Position numbers and translations under genes: made by a program. The notes below the pieces were generated by a model, which saw only the letters and a list, made by a program, of their open reading frames with translations, was not told the DNA's origin and made no database searches. A stretch of 64,000 bases of DNA from Hyphomicrobium sp. (GTDB taxonomy: Bacteria; Pseudomonadota; Alphaproteobacteria; Rhizobiales; Hyphomicrobiaceae). Positions within the stretch are counted from its first letter, which is position 1. Each line of letters begins with the position of its first letter. Below, piece after piece: positions 1-9,139 of the stretch. The stretch spans positions 8,637 through 72,636 of the forward strand of contig JABFRT010000008.1 of assembly GCA_013141015.1 (NCBI GenBank), in the 5' to 3' direction.

Positions 1-284
1 TTCAGCATCTCTATGACTTGCTGTTCGGTGGTGAAGTTTTCAAACTCGCGGATATCAGCGCCGACGATGAACGTCCGTTCCTTACCCGACATGATGACCA
101 AGCCACGCACCGTCTTGGCGCGCGCCTCGGCCTCAACCTTCTCGACAATCGCCATCAGCTCTTCAATCGGGCGTTTGCCAAGTGCGTTGGCGCTCTCGCC
201 CTCCCGGTCGAAAATCGCCCAGGCGATGCCCTCGCCATCGACAGAGAAGCGCCAGTCTTTAAGTTGCATGGAGTCTTGCGTCAT
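1..284 (-). CDS. Fatty-acid oxidation multifunctional enzyme (enoyl-CoA hydratase/3-hydroxyacyl-CoA dehydrogenase type), N-terminal fragment running off the left edge
   Basis: Minus-strand ORF from ATG at 284, open to position 1 (absent from the ORF track because no stop lies in the window). My translation MTQDSMQLKDWRFSVDGEGIAWAIFDREGESANALGKRPIEELMAIVEKVEAEARAKTVRGLVIMSGKERTFIVGADIREF looks like a crotonase-fold N-domain. It lies directly downstream of fadE. Confidence 0.65.
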   Translation of the reverse strand, partial: MTQDSMQLKDWRFSVDGEGIAWAIFDREGESANALGKRPIEELMAIVEKVEAEARAKTVRGLVIMSGKERTFIVGADIREFENFTTEQQVIEML

Positions 285-323
285 CTGAACCTCGGTATCG
301 GTCTCAAGCGGAGACGGCTGATG

Positions 324-2822
324 TTACTCAGCAGCCAATGTTTCATTGCCGCGCGCGTTGTGGCCAAGCGCGGCGTAGTTCGGTTTCAATTCTGCCGGGT
401 CAAAGTGATCAACGGCGATGACCTTGGCAACGAGGCGTTCGACTTCGCGCAGCTGGTCGGCTTCAGCGCTCGTCAGCACGTTACGGGCGACCGCATCGGC
501 AAACCAATCGATACCGTGATAGCGGCGCACGATACCATCGCGGATCGCCTTCTCTAGTTTTTTCTCAACTGGCTCGGCGGCAATCACTTTGTCGAGTGTC
601 ACTTCAAGCAATCCTGTCGGATCGTTGACGTCTTTCGAGATGAAGATATCGCGCGTCAGGCGGTCGCGAACGGCGCCCGGCTCCAACACGTGGCGGGCAA
701 CCGTTTTGCCGAGCGCATCGGATGCAGGCTTGAAGCGGCGCCCCAGCGGGAAAACAACCGCGCGCATCAATGGCCGCGCCCAAACTGCCGGGAAGTTGTC
801 GATTGTCCCCGACATCGCTTCCTGGAACCGATAAAGCGCATTCTGCGCAGCCAACTCGACGATGTTGTGATCGCCTTGTGGGCGGCCGTCGTCCTCATAG
901 CGCTTCAGTACTGCCGACAGCATGTAGAGTTCCGACAGCGCGTCTGCCATGCGCCCGGTGATTTTCTGTTTGGTCTTTAACCCTCCGCCGAGCAGCGCGA
1001 CCGTCAGGTCAGCCACGAACGCGAATGACCGGCTGGCTCGCGCCAGCTGGCGATACCAGACCGACATGCGCTGCACGTTGTCGGGTGACGACGCAAGCGC
1101 GCCGCCGGTGACATTGTGGAAGAATGCGCCGGTGGCATTCGACAGCGAAAACGCAATGTGACCACCGAACGCCTTCTCAAAATCGGCGAGGCCACGCGTC
1201 TTGTCCGGGTTCTGTGCCGATTGCACTTCGGCGTAAAGATAAGGGTGCGAGCGCAGCGCCCCTTGCGCGAACGTGATCAGCGTGCGCGTCAGAATATTGG
1301 CGCCTTCGACCGTGATGCCGACCGGGACCATCTGATAGGCCGATTGCAGGTAGTTCGACGGACCATCGCAAATTGCCCTTCCGCCGTGAATGTCCATCGC
1401 ATCGTTGACGGCGCGGCGCATCTTTTCGGTGGTCTGGTATTTCATCAACGCAGAGATGACCGACGGCTTTTCGCCGCGTGATACCATCGACGCAGTCATG
1501 CCGCGCGCTGCTTCATTGACATAGGCCGTCTCGATGATGCGAACCAGCGGCTCTTCGATGCCTTCCATACGCGACACGGGAAGCCCGAACTGCTTTCGTA
1601 TGCGGGCGTAGGCGCTGGTCACGCGCAGCATGGTCTTGGCGCCAGCCGTCGCAGATGAGGGGAGCGAAATCGCGCGCCCTGCCGATAAGCATTCCATCAG
1701 CATCCGCCAACCGGCACCGGCCATCTTCTCGCCACCGATCACCCAATCCATCGGGATGAAAACGTCATTGCCCCAATTCGGACCGTTCGGGAACGCGGCA
1801 CCCGACGGCAAGTGCCGCCGCCCGATGTTGACGCCGGGATGCGCCGCCGGGATCAGCGCCAGCGTGATGCCAACTTCTTCGCCTTTTCCAAGAATGTTGT
1901 CTTTGTCGAACAACTGGAAGGCCAGTCCAACCAGCGTCGCGTTCGGTCCAAGCGTGATGTAGCGCTTGTCCCACGACAAGCGGATGCCGAGCGTCTCGCG
2001 GCCTTCGTGCATACCTTTTTCAACGTAGCCGATGTCGCGCATCGTGGCGGCATCAGAGCCCGACGTCGGACCCGTCAGCGAGAAGCACGGAACTTCAAGG
2101 CCCTTGGCGAGACGCGGCAGATAGTGGTGCTTCTGCTCGTCCGTGCCGTATTTCTCGATCAATTCCCCCGGCCCAAGCGAATTCGGCACCATCACAATGG
2201 TCACCACATCCGGCGAGCGCGAGGCAACTTTTCCGAGAATGAGCGACTGTGCCTGTGCCGAGAAACCAAGTCCGCCATGGTCTTTGGAAATCAACATGCC
2301 AAGGAAGCCATGCGTCTTGGCGAAGTCCCAAACCGCTTCAGGAATCTCGCGGTTTGTATGACGGATCTGCCAATCATTGATAAGCTTACACAGCTCTTCC
2401 GTCGGGCCATCAAGGAAGGCCCGTTCTTCGGCGGTCAACTGAATAGGTGGGATGGCTTGCAGCTTGGCCCAATCCGGCGTGCCAGAAAAGAGTTCCGCAT
2501 CGAAGCCGACCGTGCCGGCGTCCAGCGCCTGCGCTTCGGTGTCGGAGACTTTCGGTAGAATTTTCTGCACCATGGCGAAGGCGGGCGCGACTACGAACTG
2601 ACGGCGCAAAGATGGAACCGCCAACGCGGCAAGCGCGGCGACGGGCAGCCAAGCGACCCAAGACAGCAAACCAGACGACGGCGCATCACCGTGCAACAGT
2701 CCCGATTGCCAAAGGTAAAGCAACGCAGCCGACGCCAGCGCCCAAGCCCACATCGGCGCTCTTCGCATGCCGAGCGTCAAAAAAGCTGCAGCGCAGAGCA
2801 GTAAGAGAACAAAGGTCGCCAT
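324..2822 (-). CDS. fadE: Large membrane-anchored acyl-CoA dehydrogenase (FadE type)
   Basis: 832-aa ORF with N-terminal hydrophobic helices followed by an acyl-CoA dehydrogenase-like core and a long C-terminal extension. Size and layout are typical of FadE. Confidence 0.85.
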   Translation of the reverse strand: MATFVLLLLCAAAFLTLGMRRAPMWAWALASAALLYLWQSGLLHGDAPSSGLLSWVAWLPVAALAALAVPSLRRQFVVAPAFAMVQKILPKVSDTEAQALDAGTVGFDAELFSGTPDWAKLQAIPPIQLTAEERAFLDGPTEELCKLINDWQIRHTNREIPEAVWDFAKTHGFLGMLISKDHGGLGFSAQAQSLILGKVASRSPDVVTIVMVPNSLGPGELIEKYGTDEQKHHYLPRLAKGLEVPCFSLTGPTSGSDAATMRDIGYVEKGMHEGRETLGIRLSWDKRYITLGPNATLVGLAFQLFDKDNILGKGEEVGITLALIPAAHPGVNIGRRHLPSGAAFPNGPNWGNDVFIPMDWVIGGEKMAGAGWRMLMECLSAGRAISLPSSATAGAKTMLRVTSAYARIRKQFGLPVSRMEGIEEPLVRIIETAYVNEAARGMTASMVSRGEKPSVISALMKYQTTEKMRRAVNDAMDIHGGRAICDGPSNYLQSAYQMVPVGITVEGANILTRTLITFAQGALRSHPYLYAEVQSAQNPDKTRGLADFEKAFGGHIAFSLSNATGAFFHNVTGGALASSPDNVQRMSVWYRQLARASRSFAFVADLTVALLGGGLKTKQKITGRMADALSELYMLSAVLKRYEDDGRPQGDHNIVELAAQNALYRFQEAMSGTIDNFPAVWARPLMRAVVFPLGRRFKPASDALGKTVARHVLEPGAVRDRLTRDIFISKDVNDPTGLLEVTLDKVIAAEPVEKKLEKAIRDGIVRRYHGIDWFADAVARNVLTSAEADQLREVERLVAKVIAVDHFDPAELKPNYAALGHNARGNETLAAE

Positions 2823-2924
2823 CGGGCCGTCACTCCTCTTGCGGCGGCGCGGACCAGTGCCACGGCGCCAGTTGGCACCCCGGATACCTCAGGTTGACGT
2901 ATAGGTCAAGCAAGAGACGTGAGC

Positions 2925-2976
2925 GCTGCGCGAAGTAGAGCGCGCAGCAGCCTTGGCCCCGGGGGAGGCCAAGGCT
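2925..2976 (-). terminator. Two adjacent GC-rich hairpins downstream of soxF (possible terminator)
   Basis: Hairpin 1: GCTGCGCG (2925-2932) pairs with CGCGCAGC (2941-2948). Hairpin 2: AGCCTTGGCC (2949-2958) pairs with GGCCAAGGCT (2967-2976). No clear U-tract follows, so function is uncertain. Confidence 0.3.
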
Positions 2977-3063
2977 ACTTAACCACGGTTTCCGGCCCCG
3001 CCGTAACCCTTGAAATGCAGGCCACGCCCCAAGCCGGCAGATGGCCGGTCAGGGCTTGGCGGC

Positions 3064-4419
3064 TCAGGGCTTGGCGGCGCCAGCTGGCGCGGAGGTGTCC
3101 GGCGTGTCAGCCGCCAGGGGTGCCTTGCCAAACATGTCGGTGATGAGCCCGGTGTACCAGCCGGCGCTCTCATTGAAGGTTTCGCGGCGAACGTCCGGCG
3201 TCTCGCCCGCTTTTGAGACAAACGGTTCCTTGACCTCCAGAAAGGCCTTGCCGTCCTTCTTGGCTGGCAGATAGTCGCCGCCGATCTTGGCGCTGTTGTC
3301 GGGTGCCACCATCGACCAGCAGGTGTTGCGGAATTTTCCGGGGGTGCGCTCATTACCGGAGAGATCGGCGAGAATATCGGCCGCGACCACGCCCGCCTGG
3401 CTAACCGCCGTGAATGCCGACTTCGGCATGTCCGCCGCAATCGCCGCATCGCCCAGCACGTAGACATCTTTGGTTTTAGTGGACGTGAAGTTCTCCGGGT
3501 TGACCGGGCACCAGTCACCGTCTGTGAGGCCCGCTGCAAAGGCGATAGCGCCGGCCTTCTGGGGAGCGATGATATTCGCAAGCTCTGCCGTTTCCTTGCG
3601 GCCAGCTTTGGTCACGATCTCGCCGGTCTTGGCATCGACGCGCTGGACTGCAAAATCATCGATTTCATTGGTTAAATTGAGTTCTATGATGTCTTTGTAA
3701 AACTCCATGAACGCCTCCTCGAACACCGGCTGTTTCGAGATCGTCTTCTTGGCGTCCAGAATAATCAATTTCGACCTTGGCTTTCTCGTCTTGAGAAAAT
3801 GCGCGATCATGCAGGCGCGTTCGTAGGGCCCAGGCGGGCAGCGGTAGGGGTTCGGCGGCACTGTCATCACCACCAGCCCGCCAGCGCCCAATGACAGCAG
3901 CTTTTGCTTCAATAGCCACGTCTGCGCGCCGCCCTGCCAAGCGTGCGGCATGATTTCCGCGGCGTCCGCCGAGTACCCTTCGATGCTGTCGAACTTGATG
4001 TCGATACCGGGCGCGACCACGAGGCGGTCATAACTGAGCGGCGTGCCCCCCTTGGCAAGTGTCACCGTTTTCGCGGTCGTATCGACGCCCGTTGCCACAT
4101 CATTGATGATCGTGATGCCGCGCTTTTTCACACCCTCATAATCATGAGTGATTGACTGGAACGAGCGGAACCCGCCGAGATACAAATTTGAATAGAAGCA
4201 GGTTGTGTACTTTTGTTTCGGCTCAACCAGCGTGACGTCCAATGCTGGATTGGCGGCCTTCAAGCGGTTGGCAACCGTCGTCCCGCCCGGGCCGCCACCG
4301 ATGATCACGATTTTTGCCGGCCCCTCGGCCAGCGATACGCGGGCGAGCTGCGGTGCCGCAACGAGCAACCCGGCGCCCGCCGCACTGCGTGCAAATTGAC
4401 GGCGCGTAAACTGAACCAT
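3064..4419 (-). CDS. soxF: Sulfide dehydrogenase flavoprotein (flavocytochrome c FccB / SoxF family), Tat-exported
   Basis: 451 aa. Twin-arginine leader TRRQFARSAAGAG and FAD fold motif KIVIIGGGPGGTT. Divergent from soxYZ. Confidence 0.8.
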   Translation of the reverse strand: MVQFTRRQFARSAAGAGLLVAAPQLARVSLAEGPAKIVIIGGGPGGTTVANRLKAANPALDVTLVEPKQKYTTCFYSNLYLGGFRSFQSITHDYEGVKKRGITIINDVATGVDTTAKTVTLAKGGTPLSYDRLVVAPGIDIKFDSIEGYSADAAEIMPHAWQGGAQTWLLKQKLLSLGAGGLVVMTVPPNPYRCPPGPYERACMIAHFLKTRKPRSKLIILDAKKTISKQPVFEEAFMEFYKDIIELNLTNEIDDFAVQRVDAKTGEIVTKAGRKETAELANIIAPQKAGAIAFAAGLTDGDWCPVNPENFTSTKTKDVYVLGDAAIAADMPKSAFTAVSQAGVVAADILADLSGNERTPGKFRNTCWSMVAPDNSAKIGGDYLPAKKDGKAFLEVKEPFVSKAGETPDVRRETFNESAGWYTGLITDMFGKAPLAADTPDTSAPAGAAKP

Positions 4420-4600
4420 GCCCGGACCTGATGCCTTCCCTGAGAACTTCGTTTATCGAGCCGCGCTACGCATATCGGTCTGCGCCGTGACATCGCGCCA
4501 TCACTCAGCTGATTTTGTCAGGAAATGAATGCCTTGTAACTAGCCCAGAACAAACTTTAGAGGCTAAGCTTAGGGACAAAATTGGAACACGTCCTCCGTT

Positions 4601-5089
4601 ATGACAGAGCTGCCGCACATCCAAATCCTGACTCGCCGGTCGTTCGTTGTGTCGGCCGCAGCTGGTCTGTGCCTATCGTCGCGCCTCGCCCACGCCGAAA
4701 CGCCCTCATCGGGCACGCTGGAACGCAGCACGCTCTTTAATGAAGATTTCAGAGCACTGACCGCTGGCGCGGCCCCGGTTGAAGGCAAAATCGTGCTGGA
4801 ACTTCCAGAGATCGCCGAGAACGGCAACTTCGTGCCGGTCACGATCACAGTTGATAGCCCGATGACGGCGGAGAACCACGTCAAAGCCATCCACCTGCTG
4901 TCCACCAGCAACCCCGTGGCCAAGGTCGCGACGTTCCACTTGTCGCCATTTAACGCCGTGGCGCGTGTGCAAAGCCGGATGCGCCTTTCAAAAACACAGG
5001 ACGTCATCGCGCTTGCGCAAATGTCGGACGGCACACTCGCCATAGCCACCACGCTGGTCAAGGTGACCATCGGCGGTTGTTCAGGCTGA
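4601..5089 (+). CDS. soxY: Thiosulfate oxidation carrier protein SoxY
   Basis: 162 aa. Tat leader LTRRSFVVSAAAG. C-terminal carrier-cysteine tail VTIGGCSG is typical of SoxY. It is followed by soxZ. Confidence 0.85.
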   Translation: MTELPHIQILTRRSFVVSAAAGLCLSSRLAHAETPSSGTLERSTLFNEDFRALTAGAAPVEGKIVLELPEIAENGNFVPVTITVDSPMTAENHVKAIHLLSTSNPVAKVATFHLSPFNAVARVQSRMRLSKTQDVIALAQMSDGTLAIATTLVKVTIGGCSG

Positions 5090-5100
5090 AGGGCATCGAT

Positions 5101-5424
5101 ATGGCAACAAAACCGCGCATCAAGCTACCCGACACGGTCAAAACCGGCGACGTGATCGAGGTCAAGACACTGATCACGCACGTCATGGAAACCGGCAACC
5201 GCAAGGACAGCGCCGGCAAACCGGTCCCGCGCGACATCCTCAACACGTTCGTTGCCAAATACGGCCAAGACGAAGTGTTCCGCGCCGAACTCGGTCCTGG
5301 TATTTCCGCCAACCCTTACATCTCGTTCCAGATGCGGGTTCCAGGCCCCGGCACTTTCGAGTTTTCGTGGACTGACGACCACGGCGTCACCACAGTCGAG
5401 ACGGCGGCGCTCAATGTGGTGTGA
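5101..5424 (+). CDS. soxZ: Thiosulfate oxidation carrier complex protein SoxZ
   Basis: ORF track frame 5077..5424. The likely start is ATG 5101 (MATKPRIKLPDTVKTGDVIEVKTLITHVMETG), preceded by GAAGGG. Size and sequence are SoxZ-like. Confidence 0.8.
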   Translation: MATKPRIKLPDTVKTGDVIEVKTLITHVMETGNRKDSAGKPVPRDILNTFVAKYGQDEVFRAELGPGISANPYISFQMRVPGPGTFEFSWTDDHGVTTVETAALNVV

Positions 5425-6154
5425 CCGCAGGCTATTGCGATCTTGGCTGCGGGCGGCGCTACTGCTATGTGCAGCGTCAGGCGCCACCGCTGCCCCGTGC
5501 ACGCCAGAGACCTTCGAAGAGCAAGCTTTCACGGTCTGCCACGCCGACCCGGCGATCCATGACATCCGCCTGTTTCTCAAGCGGCCCGACGGCACCAATT
5601 TCAGCCAGCTTGAAGCGCTGCCAGCTGACGGGCTGTTGTTTGCCACCAACGCCGGTATGTTCACCCCCGAATACACCCCTGCCGGGCTCTATATCGAGAA
5701 TGCAATTGAACGCAAAAGCCTGAATACGCGTGCCAGCGGCTATGGCAATTTCCACATTCAGCCCAACGGCGTGTTTTGGGTTCAGGACGGCAAGGCGGCC
5801 ATCTCGACGACGGCCGACTATGCGGCGCTCAAGCCCTCCGCAGAGATCGCCACACAATCCGGTCCAATGCTGGTCGTCAATGGCCGGATCAACGGCAAAT
5901 TCGACGGCAACGGACCCTCGCGCAACATCCGCAACGGTATCGGCGTCACGGCGGCCGGCGAGATTGCGGTAGCGATTTCAGATGAGCCGGTGTCATTCGG
6001 CGTGTTCGCGCGGCTATTCCGCGATCACCTCAAAAGCCCGAACGCCCTGTATTTCGATGGCAGCGTGTCGCGACTGCGTGTGACGGGCGAAAAGCGCGAC
6101 CTGTTTGGCCCGCCACTTGGACCACTCCTCGGTGTCTACCAGAAGCAGAATTGA
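5414..6154 (+). CDS. Phosphodiester glycosidase family protein (DUF2233), secreted
   Basis: Track ORF 5252..6154. The likely start is ATG 5414 (MWCDRRLLRSWLRAALLLCAASGATA signal-like), overlapping the soxZ stop (ATGTGGTGTGA). The NAGMF..GLYIENAIE..NFHIQPNGVF..NGIGV pattern resembles DUF2233. Confidence 0.6.
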   Translation: MWCDRRLLRSWLRAALLLCAASGATAAPCTPETFEEQAFTVCHADPAIHDIRLFLKRPDGTNFSQLEALPADGLLFATNAGMFTPEYTPAGLYIENAIERKSLNTRASGYGNFHIQPNGVFWVQDGKAAISTTADYAALKPSAEIATQSGPMLVVNGRINGKFDGNGPSRNIRNGIGVTAAGEIAVAISDEPVSFGVFARLFRDHLKSPNALYFDGSVSRLRVTGEKRDLFGPPLGPLLGVYQKQN

Positions 6155-6181
6155 CGCACAGCCGCCGGAGGCCAGTCCGCA

Positions 6182-7798
6182 TCACACTTGCGCGCCGTCC
6201 TTCAACAGCTTGTAGTTGATGCTGTCGAGCAGCGCTTCAAAACTCGCATCAATGATGTTGGGCGAAACGCCGACCGTCGTCCAGCGGGCGCCTGTCTCCG
6301 TGTCGTGGCTTTCAACAAGCACGCGCGTCACGGCTTCGGTGCCACTCGTCCCCGTTTGCGTCAGAATGCGAACCTTGTAGTCCACCAGCTCCACGTTCTC
6401 GATGTGCTTTTGATAGCGGCCAAGATCGCGGCGCAGGGCGGTATCCAGTGCGTTGACCGGGCCGTTGCCTTCGCCAACCGAAACAAGTGGTTCTTCGCCC
6501 GCAATCGACACTGAGACAACGGCTTGCGATTGCGTGGCGCCGCGCCCCTGCCCGTCTGCCGGACGTTCGACGATGACCCGGAAACTATCGACGGCGAAAT
6601 AGCGCGGCACGTCATCAAGCATGCGGCGGGCCAGCAATTCAAATGACGCTTCAGCCGCTTCATAAGCGTAACCGCCGTCTTCGCGCAGCTTCACTTCATC
6701 CAGCAAAGCCTGCACCTTGGCCGCATCCTTGCCGGCACCCAGTTGAAGCCTGTCGAGCGCCGCCATCATAGACGAGCGTCCACCCTGCTTCGAGACTAGA
6801 ATACGCCGCTCGTTGCCGACGCTCTCGGGCCGCACGTGCTCGTAGGTTTCGGGCTCCTTCAACAAGGCAGAGGCGTGAATGCCAGCCTTCGTCGCGAACG
6901 CGCTTTCGCCGACATAAGGCGCGTGCCGGTCGGGCGCCTCGTTCAAGATTTCGTCCAGCACACGGCTTGCGTGCGTCAGCTTCTGCAGGCGCTCCGGCGT
7001 CACGCTGGTTGAGAAATGATTGGCGAACTCGCTTTTCAGCAGCAGCGTCGGAATGATCGATGTCATGTTGGCGTTGCCGCAGCGCTCGCCAAGCCCGTTG
7101 AGCGTGCCCTGGATCTGGCGGCATCCGGCGCGCACAGCCATCAGCGTGTTGGCGACGGCATTTTCCGTATCGTTGTGCGTATGGATGCCGAGATTGGCGC
7201 CCGGCACGTGACGCGCCACATCGGCAACGATGTCGGCCACTTCATGGGGCAGTGTTCCGCCGTTGGTGTCGCACAGCACTACCCAGCGCGCACCGGCATC
7301 ATAGGCGGTCTTCGCCACGCTCAGCGCGTAGTCGCGATTGCCCTTATAGCCGTCGAAGAAATGTTCACAATCGACCAAGGCTTCGCGCTGCGTCTCAAGA
7401 ATGGCGCGCACCGACTGGCCAACGGATTCAAGGTTTTCTTCGTTCGTAATGCCAAGCGCCACGCGCACATGATAGTCCCACGACTTGGCGACCAGGCAGA
7501 TGCTGTCGGCCTGCGATTGCAGCAAAGCCTGCAGACCCGGATCATTGGACACCGAACGCCCGGCCCGCTTGGTCATGCCGAAGGCTGTAAAGCGCGCCGA
7601 CTTCAACTCCGGCTTGGTTGAAAACAATTCCGAGTCAGTGCTGTTGGCACCTGGGTATCCACCCTCGATGTAATCGAGCCCCATGTCATCGAGCACGCGC
7701 ATGATGCGGCGTTTGTCGGACAGCGAAAAATCAACGCCCGTCGTCTGCGCCCCATCGCGCAAGGTGGTATCATAAAGATAGAGACGTTCTTTGGTCAT
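6182..7798 (-). CDS. cimA: Citramalate synthase (LeuA-related, CimA type)
   Basis: 538 aa. N-terminus LYLYDTTLRDGAQTTGVDFSLSDKRRIMRVLDDMGLDYIEGGYPGAN and length match the citramalate synthase branch of the IPMS family. Confidence 0.8.
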   Translation of the reverse strand: MTKERLYLYDTTLRDGAQTTGVDFSLSDKRRIMRVLDDMGLDYIEGGYPGANSTDSELFSTKPELKSARFTAFGMTKRAGRSVSNDPGLQALLQSQADSICLVAKSWDYHVRVALGITNEENLESVGQSVRAILETQREALVDCEHFFDGYKGNRDYALSVAKTAYDAGARWVVLCDTNGGTLPHEVADIVADVARHVPGANLGIHTHNDTENAVANTLMAVRAGCRQIQGTLNGLGERCGNANMTSIIPTLLLKSEFANHFSTSVTPERLQKLTHASRVLDEILNEAPDRHAPYVGESAFATKAGIHASALLKEPETYEHVRPESVGNERRILVSKQGGRSSMMAALDRLQLGAGKDAAKVQALLDEVKLREDGGYAYEAAEASFELLARRMLDDVPRYFAVDSFRVIVERPADGQGRGATQSQAVVSVSIAGEEPLVSVGEGNGPVNALDTALRRDLGRYQKHIENVELVDYKVRILTQTGTSGTEAVTRVLVESHDTETGARWTTVGVSPNIIDASFEALLDSINYKLLKDGAQV

Positions 7799-7805
7799 AC
7801 CCGGA

Positions 7806-8327
7806 TCACTGCATTGTCTCTGGCGCCGCGCTGCTGCTGGCTGCCGGTTTCAGGCGTTTGATCATCGTCGTGTTCGAGAGCCACAAATCATCACGCGGCA
7901 CGGTATTGCGTTTGAACGCCGCATAGCCGAGCTTCTCGAAAAAGGCCTGCGCCGTGTCACTCGCGTCGGCGCTGATCTGTTCCGCGCCACGGGCGCTTGC
8001 AATCTTCTCCAACGCGGTGGCAAGCGCGGTGCCAACCCCTTCGCCAGCGTAATAGGGGTGGACGAACAGCATGTCGATGACCTTATTGTCCTTGAGCGAC
8101 GCAAAGCCCAAATATTCGCCGTCGATCTGCACCACAAGTGTTAACATTTGCCCGAGGTAGGTGCCGAACTCCGGGGCATCTTCCGCCGCCGCTGCCCATG
8201 CCGCCCGCTGATCCTCGTCATAATCATCTTGCGTCAATTCCTCAATCGATTGGGCGAACAGCTCGCGCAATGCCATCGTGTCGCTGGCCAAAAACGGACG
8301 CAGCGGAAAATCATCGGCAGATGTCAT
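7806..8327 (-). CDS. GNAT family N-acetyltransferase
   Basis: 173 aa. Acetyl-CoA binding-type segment HPYYAGEGVGTALATALE. Its start overlaps the stop of the upstream ORF (ATGA). Confidence 0.75.
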   Translation of the reverse strand: MTSADDFPLRPFLASDTMALRELFAQSIEELTQDDYDEDQRAAWAAAAEDAPEFGTYLGQMLTLVVQIDGEYLGFASLKDNKVIDMLFVHPYYAGEGVGTALATALEKIASARGAEQISADASDTAQAFFEKLGYAAFKRNTVPRDDLWLSNTTMIKRLKPAASSSAAPETMQ

Positions 8328-8716
8328 TGATCCCCCTTGGATGGCGTCGCCGTGCGCACTTCCCAGGTCGTCGTCATTTCCCCGGTCTTGGCGTTTTTGA
8401 AATCCTTGACCGCAACGCCCACACGCAAGAATTCGGCGGTCGTGCGATCAAAGTCCTTTTGGTCCTTGCGGGCCCGCGCGCTGGCGCGTTCGCTGTCGAG
8501 CGCCGACAATTCGTTCCACCGGTCGGCGAGATTCTGCAGATCGCGCACCCGCGTTCCGGCGACGAATTTGCGCAGAAAGCGCACAACTTCGACCGATTCC
8601 GCGCGATGCACTTCCTCGAAATATTGGGCCATTCCATGCACATCGAGATCGCCGTTGGTTTCGACGATCTTCGGCACCATGTCGGTGACGGTCCAAAGTC
8701 CTGCGTTTATCGCCAC
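8324..8716 (-). CDS. Hypothetical protein with a CysRS C-terminal-like tail
   Basis: 130-aa ORF translationally coupled to the GNAT gene. Its last 50 aa align without gaps at 23/50 identities to the last 50 aa of the neighbouring CysS (see findings). Confidence 0.55.
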   Translation of the reverse strand: MAINAGLWTVTDMVPKIVETNGDLDVHGMAQYFEEVHRAESVEVVRFLRKFVAGTRVRDLQNLADRWNELSALDSERASARARKDQKDFDRTTAEFLRVGVAVKDFKNAKTGEMTTTWEVRTATPSKGDQ

Positions 8717-8791
8717 GGCTGTGCCCTCATCAAAGTGCCACGCGCAAAGAATATCGCGCGTGTCGTCGGCCTAAAGCGCGCCAGTTCAGCA

Positions 8792-9139
8792 CTGTCATCC
8801 CATGGGCCCGAAGCGCAGCTTCGAAATGCAGAAAATTCCCTGGGATCCATTGCGCAACAAATTCTGGCGCCGGATGCAAGGAGCACAATGGATCCTGGGC
8901 ACAAGGCCCAGGATGACAGCGGTGGGGTTGCGCGCATCGTGCTCATCGCGCGACCTCCCAGGCAACGCTGTCATCCCAGGGGCCCGAAGCGCAGCTTCGA
9001 ATTGCAGAAAATTCCCTGGGATCCATTGCGCAACAAATTCTGGCGCCGGATGCAAGGAGCACAATGGATCCTGGGCACGAGGCCCAGGATGACAGCAGTG
9101 GGGTTGCGCGCATCGTGCTCATCGCGCGACCTCCCAGGT
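8792..9139. repeat. Tandem duplication (2 x 176 bp) of a hairpin-forming MITE/REP-like element plus the last ~22 nt of cysS
   Basis: Copy 1 is 8792-8962 and copy 2 is 8968-9138, with period 176 bp and only a few mismatches. Each copy has outer inverted repeats CTGTCATCC..GGATGACAG and inner inverted repeats CCCTGGGATCCATTGCGC / GCACAATGGATCCTGGG. GCTCATCGCGCGACCTCCCAGG (the cysS stop region) occurs at 8941 and 9117. Confidence 0.9.

Noticed and set aside
5077-5413. Longer N-terminal versions of soxZ (from 5077) and of the DUF2233 gene (from 5252)
   Set aside because: The extensions overlap the preceding genes in other frames and translate to implausible sequence. The internal ATGs at 5101 and 5414 give a native-looking SoxZ N-terminus and a signal-like leader respectively.
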